Assembly: GCA_002448975.1 (NCBI GenBank)
Contig: DKBO01000079.1
Span: 1-42,454 of the forward strand
Reading direction: 5' to 3'
Source of the DNA: Nitrospiraceae bacterium UBA6898
GTDB lineage: Bacteria > Nitrospirota > Thermodesulfovibrionia > Thermodesulfovibrionales > UBA6898
Length of the DNA: 42,454 nucleotides
Of this stretch, positions 1-9,057 are shown one piece after another. Each line of letters starts with the position of its first letter. Positions within the stretch are counted from its first letter, which is position 1. A program made the translations under genes and the position numbers. The notes below the pieces were generated by a model. That model was not told where the DNA came from. It did not search any database and saw only the letters and a list, made by a program, of their open reading frames with translations.

Positions 1-19
1 GGCACAGTTTTTAGGGTAG

Positions 20-520
20 AGGTCTCCTCTATTACCACTCCGGGCATTGCCGACATTTCTGACCGTCACCGACGGGAAGAAACACGATGTGCGCGTGCCT
101 AAAGACCAGACCTTGCCCAGGCCCTCGGACAGCATCCAATCTCCGGCAAAAGGGTACTGCGATGAAAGCATTTCTCTCCAAGGACCGCTGACAAAGTCCA
201 AATACTCAAAAGAACACAGATTGATCAGGTATTACGATGAAGAAAGGCAGAAGACGCTGACATTCCTTACGAATAATTTCAGGCCGGCAGCAACGACGAT
301 AGCCCAGATATACAAGTCCCGCTGACAGATAGAGCTGTTTTTCAAATGGATCAAGCAGAACCTGAAGATCAAGTCCTTTCTGGGTACCAGCAAGAACGCC
401 GTGCTGACGCAAACCTTGGTGGCGATGTATTACTACCTGCTTTTGACCTACATCAAATACCAGACAAAATACGGCTTCTCGTTGCTGCAGATCAGCTGCG
501 TTTTTGGGATTGCTTTTTGA
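20..520 (+). pseudogene. IS4/IS5-type DDE transposase, degraded C-terminal remnant with an in-frame TGA
   Basis: A single frame reads ...HRLIRYYDEERQKTLTFLTNNFRPAATTIAQIYKSR, then TGA at 323-325, then QIELFFKWIKQNLKIKSFLGTSKNAVLTQTLVAMYYYLLLTYIKYQ... up to the stop at 518-520. This is the conserved YxxRWxIExxFKxxKQ C-terminal block of IS4-type transposases with the Trp codon replaced by TGA. No N-terminal catalytic part is present, and there is an upstream stop at 17-19. Confidence 0.8.
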
Positions 521-570
521 GTGGAAGACCCTCATTGATTTTTTTATCATGAACCCAGACAAACTGAAAA

Positions 571-1317
571 TCAAAGAAGAAGGGGCCCTTCAGGGTGTTC
601 TATTTTAACCGGACAGTAATGACTTCTACTTATAATTCCTAAATAATGAGTATTGATAATTCTTGAACACTCGAGAATATAGCACGCCAAATATGAATAG
701 GGGGCTATCATCCGAACAAGAGGTGGAGCAAGAGTAATTCTTTTAAGCTCTATGTCGCAGTCAAGAAAGAGCTCATAGATTTCACTCTTTTTCACCTTTT
801 TCACATTTCTGTTCTTAGGATTATTATAGTAGAAATCGTAGTAAATAATTAGTCCGCTGGGCTTTAAAACTCTTAAAGCTTCCATTGCGATATTTTTTTT
901 CATAGACAATTCAAAAATTGAAGTCAAGACTGTAAATAAAAGAATTATGTCGAAATAATTATCTTCATAAGGTAATCTTTCTGCATTTGCTAATCTAAAA
1001 TGAATATTAGGAGATATAGCACATGCGCTGTCAATTCTATCTTGTAAAAGATCAACTCCAAAACAGTTTTCAGGCATTGCTCCATATCTCACGAAATTTC
1101 TTATTTCACAACCTGTGCCACATCCAATGTCAAGTATTCTTTCACCTTTTAGTGAGGTAATGCCATATTTTTTGAGCGCACTAAGAATGTTCCTTTCTCT
1201 ACTTTGGTTGGTAAAAAGGTTACCAGAATTAAAAAAGGAATAGATATGGGGATTAATTGTCTCTTTCCTCTGTCGATATATTTTGGCAATTCGTTCGATT
1301 TCCCGCTGATTATTCAA
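571..1317 (-). CDS. class I SAM-dependent methyltransferase
   Basis: 248-aa ORF. It has SAM motif I (ILDIGCGTGCE), an acidic GVDL motif II, and the FDIILLFTVL and LKPSGLIIY blocks. It is visibly AT-rich compared with the right half of the window. Confidence 0.85.
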   Translation of the reverse strand: MNNQREIERIAKIYRQRKETINPHIYSFFNSGNLFTNQSRERNILSALKKYGITSLKGERILDIGCGTGCEIRNFVRYGAMPENCFGVDLLQDRIDSACAISPNIHFRLANAERLPYEDNYFDIILLFTVLTSIFELSMKKNIAMEALRVLKPSGLIIYYDFYYNNPKNRNVKKVKKSEIYELFLDCDIELKRITLAPPLVRMIAPYSYLACYILECSRIINTHYLGIISRSHYCPVKIEHPEGPLLL

Positions 1318-1384
1318 TTATTTCTCCACACAGTCCAAAGGTGATCTGGCCATTTTCCTTAATCATTTTCTTCTAACGTCCAAT

Positions 1385-1900
1385 GAATAACCCCGCGGCA
1401 GAGACCGCAGGGTATCTATTTACTTGAAAAGTCCCATTTGCCGATGTTCCTCTTTCGGCTCCTCCTGCTTTACTATGTAGTCCTCCACGACTGTCCAATT
1501 CCCTCTTTCTCCCACCGTTCCGACATAATATCCATCTGTCCAGAGCTCCCCACCCAAAGTGACTTCTTTATTGCAGGCTTCCTTTGAAATATTTCCTTCG
1601 CCGCGATGCTCTTGAATATCCTTACCAACTGCTCTGGTGCTCTTTTCGCATGGGCTGAGCACAGCAGATGGCTATGTTCTCTGTCGCATCCTGGTCGCTC
1701 CATCTCAATATCTTATCGCTCTTCGATCCCCTGGCCGTTTCGGTGATTATTTTCGTAACTTCTCCGTCCAATTGCATTTCCCGATATTTCATAGGAAATA
1801 CGACATGATAATGCTTGCCATACACAATGATGTCCTCTTCTTACATCCAGCATTAGATTCTACAAGGAGATCCCGTGGCAAGAACCACGGGGAATTGCAA
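1385..1900 (-). mobile_element. IS200/IS605-family (Y1 TnpA) insertion-sequence relic with subterminal hairpins
   Basis: The frameshifted tnpA (1420-1825) is bracketed by two similar stem-loops. One is CCCCGCGG-cagaga-CCGCAGGG at 1391-1412 (one mismatch). The other is CCCGTGG-caagaa-CCACGGG at 1872-1891 (perfect 7 bp). This is the layout expected for IS200-type end hairpins. Confidence 0.7.
1420..1825 (-). pseudogene. tnpA: IS200-type Y1 transposase TnpA, frameshifted
   Basis: Three overlapping minus-strand ORFs in different frames together rebuild one TnpA. They read YGKHYHVVFPMKYRE (1622-1825), DREHSHLLCSAHAKRAPEQLVRIFKSIAAKEIF with the HUH motif HSH (1473-1703), and LWTDGYYVGTVGERGNWTVVEDYIVKQ with the catalytic Tyr region (1420-1662). 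At least two frameshifts are needed to join them. Confidence 0.8.
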
Positions 1901-1922
1901 GTTAAAATACGCTAGACTCGTG

Positions 1923-3014
1923 CTAGAGACATTTCTCAGTATATTTTAACTCAATAATGTCTACCACCCTTTGCGCAGCATTACCATCCCACAACGGTAG
2001 TTTCTCTCCTTTCTTGAACTTTCCCGACAGTATTTTCTCTACAGACGCTAATATTTCTTGACGCTCATTTCCCACCAGTATATTGGTTCCCTTGTTAACG
2101 GTTGATGGCCGCTCGGTATTGTTTCTCATTGTTAAGCATGGAACTCCAAGAGCCGTAGTCTCTTCTTGAATACCACCCGAATCCGTTAAGACAAAAGATG
2201 CTTTAGCCATGCAGCCCAAAAAAGAAAGATAAGGCAACGGGTCACAGAGAATAACTCTTTCTGCCAGAGGTCTTTTACAAAACAAAAGCTGCTTCCTAGT
2301 ACGGGGGTGAACGGGAAAGATAAGCGGCAAGGTATTACTAACGCCATTAACAATGTCTATGAGATAGTCAAGGTTTTTCAGATCATCAACATTTGATGGA
2401 CGATGTAAGGTGATGAGCGCGTAGTGCCGTGGGTCAAGATTGAAGTTGCTCCACGGTTGCTGATCAATAGCTCGAGACAGGTATTTATACAGACTGTCAA
2501 TCATGCAATTCCCAACAAAATATATTTTTTCCTCGGGAATCCCCTCTTTCCGGAGATTTTCATTGCCGCTGACCTCGGTGGTAAACAGAAGATCGGAAAG
2601 GTGATCAGTCACAATCCTATTAATTTCCTCAGGCATGGTCCGATCAAAAGAACGAAGACCCGCTTCGACGTGCGCAACAGGTATTTGAAGCTTCGAACAT
2701 ACAAGAGCTACTGACGCAGTAGAGTTTACATCGCCGGCTACGATCACCAAGCCCGGTTTCTTCTCAAAACAGAATTCTTCAAATCCTATCATAATTTTAG
2801 CAGTTTGACGCGCATGCGTGTCTGCCCCGACGCCCATATATATATCAGGGGCAGGCATATTCAATTCGTCAAAAAATACCTGAGACATTTTTTCATCATA
2901 ATGCTGTCCGGTATGCACAAGTAGCTGTTCAAAGCCCCTCTTTCGCATCTCATGAATAATCGGGGCCATTTTCATGAAATTGGGGCGAGCTCCTACCACG
3001 CTGCAGATCATCAT
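1923..3014 (-). CDS. wecB: UDP-N-acetylglucosamine 2-epimerase (non-hydrolysing)
   Basis: 363 aa with the WecB motifs GARPNFMKMAPI, HTGQHYD, VAGDVNST, HVEAGLRSFDRTMPEEINR and TDSGGIQEE. It has a 4-nt overlap with the upstream gene. Confidence 0.9.
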   Translation of the reverse strand: MMICSVVGARPNFMKMAPIIHEMRKRGFEQLLVHTGQHYDEKMSQVFFDELNMPAPDIYMGVGADTHARQTAKIMIGFEEFCFEKKPGLVIVAGDVNSTASVALVCSKLQIPVAHVEAGLRSFDRTMPEEINRIVTDHLSDLLFTTEVSGNENLRKEGIPEEKIYFVGNCMIDSLYKYLSRAIDQQPWSNFNLDPRHYALITLHRPSNVDDLKNLDYLIDIVNGVSNTLPLIFPVHPRTRKQLLFCKRPLAERVILCDPLPYLSFLGCMAKASFVLTDSGGIQEETTALGVPCLTMRNNTERPSTVNKGTNILVGNERQEILASVEKILSGKFKKGEKLPLWDGNAAQRVVDIIELKYTEKCL

Positions 3015-4216
3015 GAATGTTCCTCCAGAAAATGTAACAGGTTTACAATAATTTTCTTTCGTTCGAATCTTTTCACCGCCGCGCTTCTTCCGTTTTCGCC
3101 AAGTCTTTGCCGAAGCTCCCTGCTCGAGAAAAGTCGCCTAATACCCTGAGCTATTGCAGCCACCTCACCTGGCGGCACGACGATTCCTGCATCAGCCTCA
3201 TGGACAATGGTCGCAGCTTCGCCCTTTGCTACGAGAATGAGAGGCAGTGCGCTCGCCATGGCTTCATAGATCTTGGAAGGAACTGCTCCCGGAATATATA
3301 TTTTTAACGGTATGATCGCTATGTCTGCCGAAGCAAGAAGTTGCGGTATCTCTTCCTTGTTTCGCGGGGGGAAGAAGGTGATGATATCAAGCCCCCGGGC
3401 CTGTTGCATCAGAGAACCTTTCTCCGGACCATCTCCAATGAAAACGATTTTCAGCTTTCCCTTCAGGTCACGCAGCATTCCTGCAGCCTCTATTATCTGG
3501 TTAAGCCCCTGCGCTATTCCGTGCAGTCCGGCATAGATGGCTACGCATTCAGCCCCTTCGCCCAACTGCCCATGAAGTTCGACTGACCGCATTTCGGGCG
3601 TAAAGCGGCCTGAATCTACGCCATTCGAGAAGTGATATGTCAGGGTTTTCGGTGCTTTCATGGTCACGCCCTTTAAGATCTCCTTGCTCTGGCCGCTTAC
3701 CAGCGCAGCCTTCCGATAGCAGAACAACTCAAGATGTTCGCTCAACGTCAGAGATAAACCTTTGCCGACCACTCCGAGTCGGACCGCGGATTCAGGCCAG
3801 AGATCAGAAACATTGAAAATCCATCGTGCTCCTTTGAGCCGGCTCAATAAATACCCGGCGATTCCTAAGAACAGGGGGGGGCTTTCCGTGAAAAGGAAGT
3901 CAGCCCTCGGCAGCAGTGCGGCACCCAAAATTAACGACGAGAAGACGAATGAAAAGTAGTTAGATAGTCGAGGTATCAGCTTTACGCTTTTCGTTGGATA
4001 AATCCAGGTTCTGATTATCGATACGCCATTTCGCATCTCACGCCTGAGCAGTCCTCCATATCCCGGATAGAATTTACCGATAGGATAGTTCGGTAGCGCA
4101 GTTATAACAGTGACTTCATGCCCGTTCAGCACCAGCCTCTCGGCCAACTCCGAAAGTCTCCCCTGCGGGGCGCCTGTTTCCGGCGGATAGTACTGGGTAT
4201 GAATAATAAATGTCAT
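3011..4216 (-). CDS. GT4-family glycosyltransferase (WbuB/WcaI-like)
   Basis: 401 aa. The N-terminus YYPPETGAPQGRLSELAERL..GHEVTVIT is typical of WbuB/WcaI-type GT-B enzymes. The C-terminal donor domain reads IPGAVPSKIYEAMASALPLI. Confidence 0.8.
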   Translation of the reverse strand: MTFIIHTQYYPPETGAPQGRLSELAERLVLNGHEVTVITALPNYPIGKFYPGYGGLLRREMRNGVSIIRTWIYPTKSVKLIPRLSNYFSFVFSSLILGAALLPRADFLFTESPPLFLGIAGYLLSRLKGARWIFNVSDLWPESAVRLGVVGKGLSLTLSEHLELFCYRKAALVSGQSKEILKGVTMKAPKTLTYHFSNGVDSGRFTPEMRSVELHGQLGEGAECVAIYAGLHGIAQGLNQIIEAAGMLRDLKGKLKIVFIGDGPEKGSLMQQARGLDIITFFPPRNKEEIPQLLASADIAIIPLKIYIPGAVPSKIYEAMASALPLILVAKGEAATIVHEADAGIVVPPGEVAAIAQGIRRLFSSRELRQRLGENGRSAAVKRFERKKIIVNLLHFLEEHS

Positions 4217-4250
4217 ATCATATCTCCATTATATTCATGACGCACCGGTT

Positions 4251-5456
4251 TTACGCACATATGGTTTCCATCAGATTCCGAGTGATTGTCATCACATTGA
4301 ATTCTTTTTCGACCTTATTCCTGCCCCTCTTGGCGACAGCCGCATAGTAGTCTGCAGTAACCGATAATTTCTCAATCGCAAAGGCAATTGCCATGGCATC
4401 CTTTTCCTCTACCATGATACCGCTGCCATCCCCGATTAATTCCGGAATACTGCCGGTCTTAGTAGATATTACGGGTATGCTGTATGCCATCGCTTCCACC
4501 AGGGCAACCGGGATTCCTTCCTTCTCCCCATCCGCTGTCTGAATGCTCGGTAGTATGACGGCATGCACTTCCTGCTGCTCGTAGAGGCTCAGTATTGTCT
4601 CATGGGCGAGACGTCCGGCAAACTCAACCATATCGGTAAGATCAAGTTCCTTAACATATGCCTTTAATTCATCCTGAAGCGGTCCATCTCCAGCAATAAG
4701 ACATTTAATCCTTCTACCTCTGTTCTTTAATATTCTGCAGGCCTCAATTAAATATTTATGCCCCTTGACCAGTACCAGATTGGCCGGGCACAATATAGTA
4801 AAAACGTTCGATATGTCACGTGTGGTAGTGTGCGACTCCGGCATAAACACTCCCATATGCATGACACTCACCTTATGAGCAAGTGAACCGTCCTTGATGA
4901 TTTGCAGCATTTCATCCCGGCCGGACTGACTGATCGTCCGGATGAACGCCGCGGTTCTGCACTTGATACTTAGAAGATTATTTTCCGTTATATCCCACCT
5001 GTGGGCAGTGAAACTCCAAGGGATCTTCGTAATCAGAGATATGATATACGCCATGGTTGAAGTGGTTGAAGCCCAATGACAGTGAATATGTGAAACATCG
5101 GCTTTTTCAAGAACATATGAAAGATATATGCTCTTGGGGAGTACTATTAGGTTTTTCATGGCGATCTTTATATTCCTCGCCTTAAGGATCACTCGATTGA
5201 GAATCGCTATAAAGGTAAGAGGTTGTGTTGCGATGAAGCGAAGTAATGCAGGGCAAATCGCAACACTGAGCAAAGGGGCACACATCGCATATTTTGCTAT
5301 ATCTTCGGCTTCCTTATGGAACACCTTAGCTGCCGTGTCTCTCGGTACTACAAGAAAATCCTCTCCCGCTTTTTTAATCGCCATTATCTCCGTCAGGATG
5401 AAAGTCTCCCCTGTGCCATAGGGTGTTCTTGCAGTGATAATCGCGAGCCTTTTCAT
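4251..5456 (-). CDS. GT4-family glycosyltransferase (WcaL-like)
   Basis: 401 aa. It has the E-x7-E region GEKEGIPVALVEAMAYSIPVISTKTGSIPELI and a GT-B layout. Confidence 0.8.
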   Translation of the reverse strand: MKRLAIITARTPYGTGETFILTEIMAIKKAGEDFLVVPRDTAAKVFHKEAEDIAKYAMCAPLLSVAICPALLRFIATQPLTFIAILNRVILKARNIKIAMKNLIVLPKSIYLSYVLEKADVSHIHCHWASTTSTMAYIISLITKIPWSFTAHRWDITENNLLSIKCRTAAFIRTISQSGRDEMLQIIKDGSLAHKVSVMHMGVFMPESHTTTRDISNVFTILCPANLVLVKGHKYLIEACRILKNRGRRIKCLIAGDGPLQDELKAYVKELDLTDMVEFAGRLAHETILSLYEQQEVHAVILPSIQTADGEKEGIPVALVEAMAYSIPVISTKTGSIPELIGDGSGIMVEEKDAMAIAFAIEKLSVTADYYAAVAKRGRNKVEKEFNVMTITRNLMETICA

Positions 5457-5484
5457 AGTCTAAGGACCGTAGTGCAATCCGGTA

Positions 5485-6615
5485 TTAGTCAGCCGCACAA
5501 TCGGCTCTCCCTTGTGTCCTGTTTCTTTTGCTGGATATTATTTCTTTTATTACATCAAGATAAGAAGTTGCCATGCTGTCAACTGAATATTTCGAATGAA
5601 AAACCTCATTTCCCCGTTTACCGAGGTCTCGTCTCAGCACGTCATCCGTCAACAATCTCAAAATGGCGCCTGCGAGCGCATCAGGGTCTCGTGCCGGCAC
5701 AAGGAGGCCGTTACAGCTATCCTTTATAACTTCGGGATTGCCGCCCACGTCTGTCACGACTGATGCAACGCCAAAGTACTGTGACTCCAGAAGGCTGATT
5801 GGCAGCCCTTCCCACAGCGAGGAAAGTACAAACACATCAAACGTCTTAAGTAGGGAAGGCACATCATTCCTGACCCCGATAAAACGACAGTATGATTCAA
5901 TATCGCATGAATGCACTCTCTCCTCAATCATCGGCCTTAACTCTCCGTCTCCGACGAATACAAATTCCACATTCTTATATGCGCGTACGATTATTGCCGC
6001 TGCATCTACAAAATATGTATGCCCTTTCTGTTCACTAAACCGCCCAACGATCCCCACCCTCAGCGTCCCGTCCCTCGCAACTGTCGTGTCTTTCTCATGC
6101 CCGAATCTGTCTGTGCTCAGACCATTGGGAATGACAACCACCTTGGAAGGGTCCGTCCTCTCGATCTCCAACAGAGAGGCTTGCGAACTTCGAGAGATGC
6201 ATACGATCTTGTCCGTGAAGAGCGTAAGCAATCTGTTAAGGAGAATCTGCATATATGCCTTAGTATGCGAAACATTATGTTCAACATGAATAAATGCAGG
6301 TACGTTCGAAAGTATTGCCGCAACTCTTGGAACCAGCCTGAAATTACCGTGTGTGATGACCGCGTCAACATTGAATTTCCTAATGTAACGGATGACGCTG
6401 AGTATTGACCTAACATCACAGCCTCCCTTAGCGTGAAAGCAATGAAAAGGAATGCCGGCTGCATCAAGTTCCTGAACAAGTTCACCCCCTGTTACCATGG
6501 TGCATACCATGGATATATGCCCCTGAGCGTGAAACGCCTTTGCGAGATCTACAGCAACTCGCTCCTGTCCCGCAAGTTGAAGACTTGAAGTAAACTGTGC
6601 TATCGTCAATTTCAC
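5485..6615 (-). CDS. GT4-family glycosyltransferase
   Basis: 376 aa. The N-terminus reads LAGQERVAVDLAKAF..GH and the C-terminus reads SLWEGLPISLLESQYFGVASVVTDVGGNPEVI. Confidence 0.85.
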   Translation of the reverse strand: MKLTIAQFTSSLQLAGQERVAVDLAKAFHAQGHISMVCTMVTGGELVQELDAAGIPFHCFHAKGGCDVRSILSVIRYIRKFNVDAVITHGNFRLVPRVAAILSNVPAFIHVEHNVSHTKAYMQILLNRLLTLFTDKIVCISRSSQASLLEIERTDPSKVVVIPNGLSTDRFGHEKDTTVARDGTLRVGIVGRFSEQKGHTYFVDAAAIIVRAYKNVEFVFVGDGELRPMIEERVHSCDIESYCRFIGVRNDVPSLLKTFDVFVLSSLWEGLPISLLESQYFGVASVVTDVGGNPEVIKDSCNGLLVPARDPDALAGAILRLLTDDVLRRDLGKRGNEVFHSKYSVDSMATSYLDVIKEIISSKRNRTQGRADCAAD

Positions 6616-6616
6616 T

Positions 6617-7987
6617 TCAATTATCCTGCTTTAAGGGGTCTTCATTCTTATTTCTTGCAGCAATATAATAGGATGAGGAGATAAGGGCAAGCAAAAACCA
6701 CAATATTTTTTTATGATCAGCTGAAAGGAAATAAGAAGTAATCAATATTGAGACAAATGACGCCTTCAGACAAATGACAAGATTCCGCATATTCTTGTCA
6801 TAATGCGTTTTCAACCTTAGTTTTCTCCAGCAGATTATTAAAATTATTAAAAATGGCGTAAAACTGAGCACGCCCCCACCGGTTAACATTTCAAGATAAG
6901 TATTGTGGACTACCAATAATTGTCCCGGAATACCGTAATCGTTACTATTAAACTTGAAGTTATAGAGCCCGACTCCGGCTATAGGATGGTCTACAAACAT
7001 GGCTATTGCGGCCTTGTAATTATTCAACCTTATCGAAATGGACGAATCTTCTCCGTGCGTTTGCGTGACCGTAGATGCTCGAACCCATAACTCCTCAGGG
7101 ATAAAGAAAAAAGCTGCAGTCGCCACCAGTATGAGCAACAATATTATCTGCCGCAATCTACCCATGGCGTAATGATAAATCAGGATTGCCGAAGCGCCCA
7201 GAAAACCCAATATTCCGCCCCTTGAACCGGTCATCCCAAGGAGCAGAATAAAACAGAAAAAGATTCCCCAGAGTAGTATTCTTCTAAGGGTACCGGAACT
7301 ATTCATGATCCGGTATAAAACGAGGGGAATTAATACCAATATATAAGATGCAAATTCATTCGGATCGCCCATCCCGCTGCTGATTCGGGATGAAGCATTA
7401 TGTCGAATTGAAAATCCCATAACCTGAACAACGGCAAATGCGAGGACGGTGCTGATAAAAATATAGCTTAACGCCCTATGGAGATCGTCGAGGTTCTTTA
7501 TAAAATATCGGGTAAAGATATAGAGAAAGAACAGTGAAATGTAGGTTATGTATATCTGAATGCTTACAGAGAGAACTTTCGAAAACGCGAACGAAACTAT
7601 GCTGCCAGCAAAAAAGAAGAAAAAATATATGTATGCATTGTCTTTGGGTATTGCTTCCCTGTTCATAGCCAGCCTTAGAGCCAAGCCGAGCGTTAAGAGA
7701 ACTCCCAGGATTTTTGGATAGGAAACGCTTTCGAGTGCTGAAAAACCCTCGATCGAGAACAGGCATATCATTAATAGAAAAATGATATCCGGCCGGAGCA
7801 GCACGGTCATCAGTAACACTATGGCTGCGAGGACGATCAACCCTATTTTTGCTTCTATGGTAAGTGTAGTAACGAGAAGCAGCAGCCCAAGGAAAAGGGA
7901 AACGGTAAGGCTGTTGTCATGATTCCTGCTCACGGAAAATGCTCCTGTCATATTTCTTATTTTATCCATGATGATCTTGTTCAACAC
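6617..7987 (-). CDS. O-antigen ligase/polymerase family (Wzy_C-type) polytopic membrane protein
   Basis: 456 aa and highly hydrophobic, with roughly 10 or more predicted TM segments. It has the central MTGSRGGILGFLGA block characteristic of the Wzy_C/O-antigen ligase domain. The gene is AT-rich. Confidence 0.75.
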   Translation of the reverse strand: MLNKIIMDKIRNMTGAFSVSRNHDNSLTVSLFLGLLLLVTTLTIEAKIGLIVLAAIVLLMTVLLRPDIIFLLMICLFSIEGFSALESVSYPKILGVLLTLGLALRLAMNREAIPKDNAYIYFFFFFAGSIVSFAFSKVLSVSIQIYITYISLFFLYIFTRYFIKNLDDLHRALSYIFISTVLAFAVVQVMGFSIRHNASSRISSGMGDPNEFASYILVLIPLVLYRIMNSSGTLRRILLWGIFFCFILLLGMTGSRGGILGFLGASAILIYHYAMGRLRQIILLLILVATAAFFFIPEELWVRASTVTQTHGEDSSISIRLNNYKAAIAMFVDHPIAGVGLYNFKFNSNDYGIPGQLLVVHNTYLEMLTGGGVLSFTPFLIILIICWRKLRLKTHYDKNMRNLVICLKASFVSILITSYFLSADHKKILWFLLALISSSYYIAARNKNEDPLKQDN

Positions 7988-8112
7988 ACATCGGCCTTGA
8001 GCGGACCTCTCCGCTTGGGGTGACCCGGTCTGGTCACCGTGCCGATACCCCTATGTGAACACCCACCCCCGTGGGGTAGTGAGTCGGGTAGTTAGGGTAA
8101 GAAACATCTATA

Positions 8113-9054
8113 CTATTTCGGGGTCCTTAATAATTCCCTGAAGGACCAGGTAAAGGTACTTTTATAGATGTTCATGAGTTCTTTGACCCGGGGACTTTTA
8201 CTCTTAAACAGGACGCTCCAGACATACTTTCCAAAGGTCAATATGCCTAACTCCAGAGAAAATAGCAGTGCGTACCATTGTCCGTTGTGCTTCCAGTAAT
8301 AATATTTTAGGGCTTTTTCAGCTTCAACGCCCGCAAACACTTTCACCTGGTTTGAACTCTCGCCGCCACAGTGGATGATCGATGCATCTGCATCATAGTA
8401 AATGCCCCACCCGGCATCAAGCAGTCTTCTGCACCAGTCTATTTCATCACCATACATAAACTGCTTTTCGTCCATCAAGCCGACTTCATCTATTGCCGTT
8501 TTTCTAACGAGCATGCACGCACCAAGAAGACCTTCAACATATCGCGAGGTCTGATGGTCCCAGTAGGACTGGTATTCGCCGCCGAACAGTTGCGTTCCGG
8601 AGAACCTTCTGGACAATCCTGAGAGACGACAGAAGTCATAATAGAGGTTCGGCAAGTTTCTTGCGCAAACATTCTGGACTGTCTTGCCGTCCCTGCATAA
8701 CACCTTAGGTCCGATAGCGCCAATATCATCATGCCGGTCAGCATATTCTACTAATGGTGAGAATACTTCCTCAATGAGGACTGTATCCGGGTTCAGAAGT
8801 GCGACATATCTTCCTTTTGAATCTTTTATCGCCTGGTTATTCGCCCTGGAATAACCGGCATTCTTCTCGTTTTGAATTAGCTTGACCTGAGGAAAGTCTC
8901 TATTTACCATATCAGCGCTGCCATCTGACGAGGCATTATCAACAACAAACACTTCAAACGTGATGCCTTTCGTAAATCGATTGAGGGATGCAAGACATTC
9001 TCTCAGTAACTCTCTTGTATTCCAAGAAACTATGATGACGCTTAAATCTATCAT
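8113..9054 (-). CDS. GT2-family glycosyltransferase (rhamnosyltransferase-like)
   Basis: 313 aa. The motifs are LSVIIVSWNTRELLRECLASL, VVDNASSDGS, LLNPDT and YGDEIDWCRR (the DxD / ED region of GT-A fold GT2 enzymes). Confidence 0.85.
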   Translation of the reverse strand: MIDLSVIIVSWNTRELLRECLASLNRFTKGITFEVFVVDNASSDGSADMVNRDFPQVKLIQNEKNAGYSRANNQAIKDSKGRYVALLNPDTVLIEEVFSPLVEYADRHDDIGAIGPKVLCRDGKTVQNVCARNLPNLYYDFCRLSGLSRRFSGTQLFGGEYQSYWDHQTSRYVEGLLGACMLVRKTAIDEVGLMDEKQFMYGDEIDWCRRLLDAGWGIYYDADASIIHCGGESSNQVKVFAGVEAEKALKYYYWKHNGQWYALLFSLELGILTFGKYVWSVLFKSKSPRVKELMNIYKSTFTWSFRELLRTPK

Positions 9055-9057
9055 ATG

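Noticed and set aside
323-325. TGA replacing the conserved Trp in the transposase, read as evidence for a TGA=Trp genetic code or selenocysteine.
   Set aside because: Several well-supported genes in the window terminate at TGA at the expected protein ends, for example the J-domain gene at 32448-32450 and the 94-aa ORF at 32167-32169. The transposase is also truncated and degraded in other ways. A simple nonsense mutation in a pseudogene explains it.
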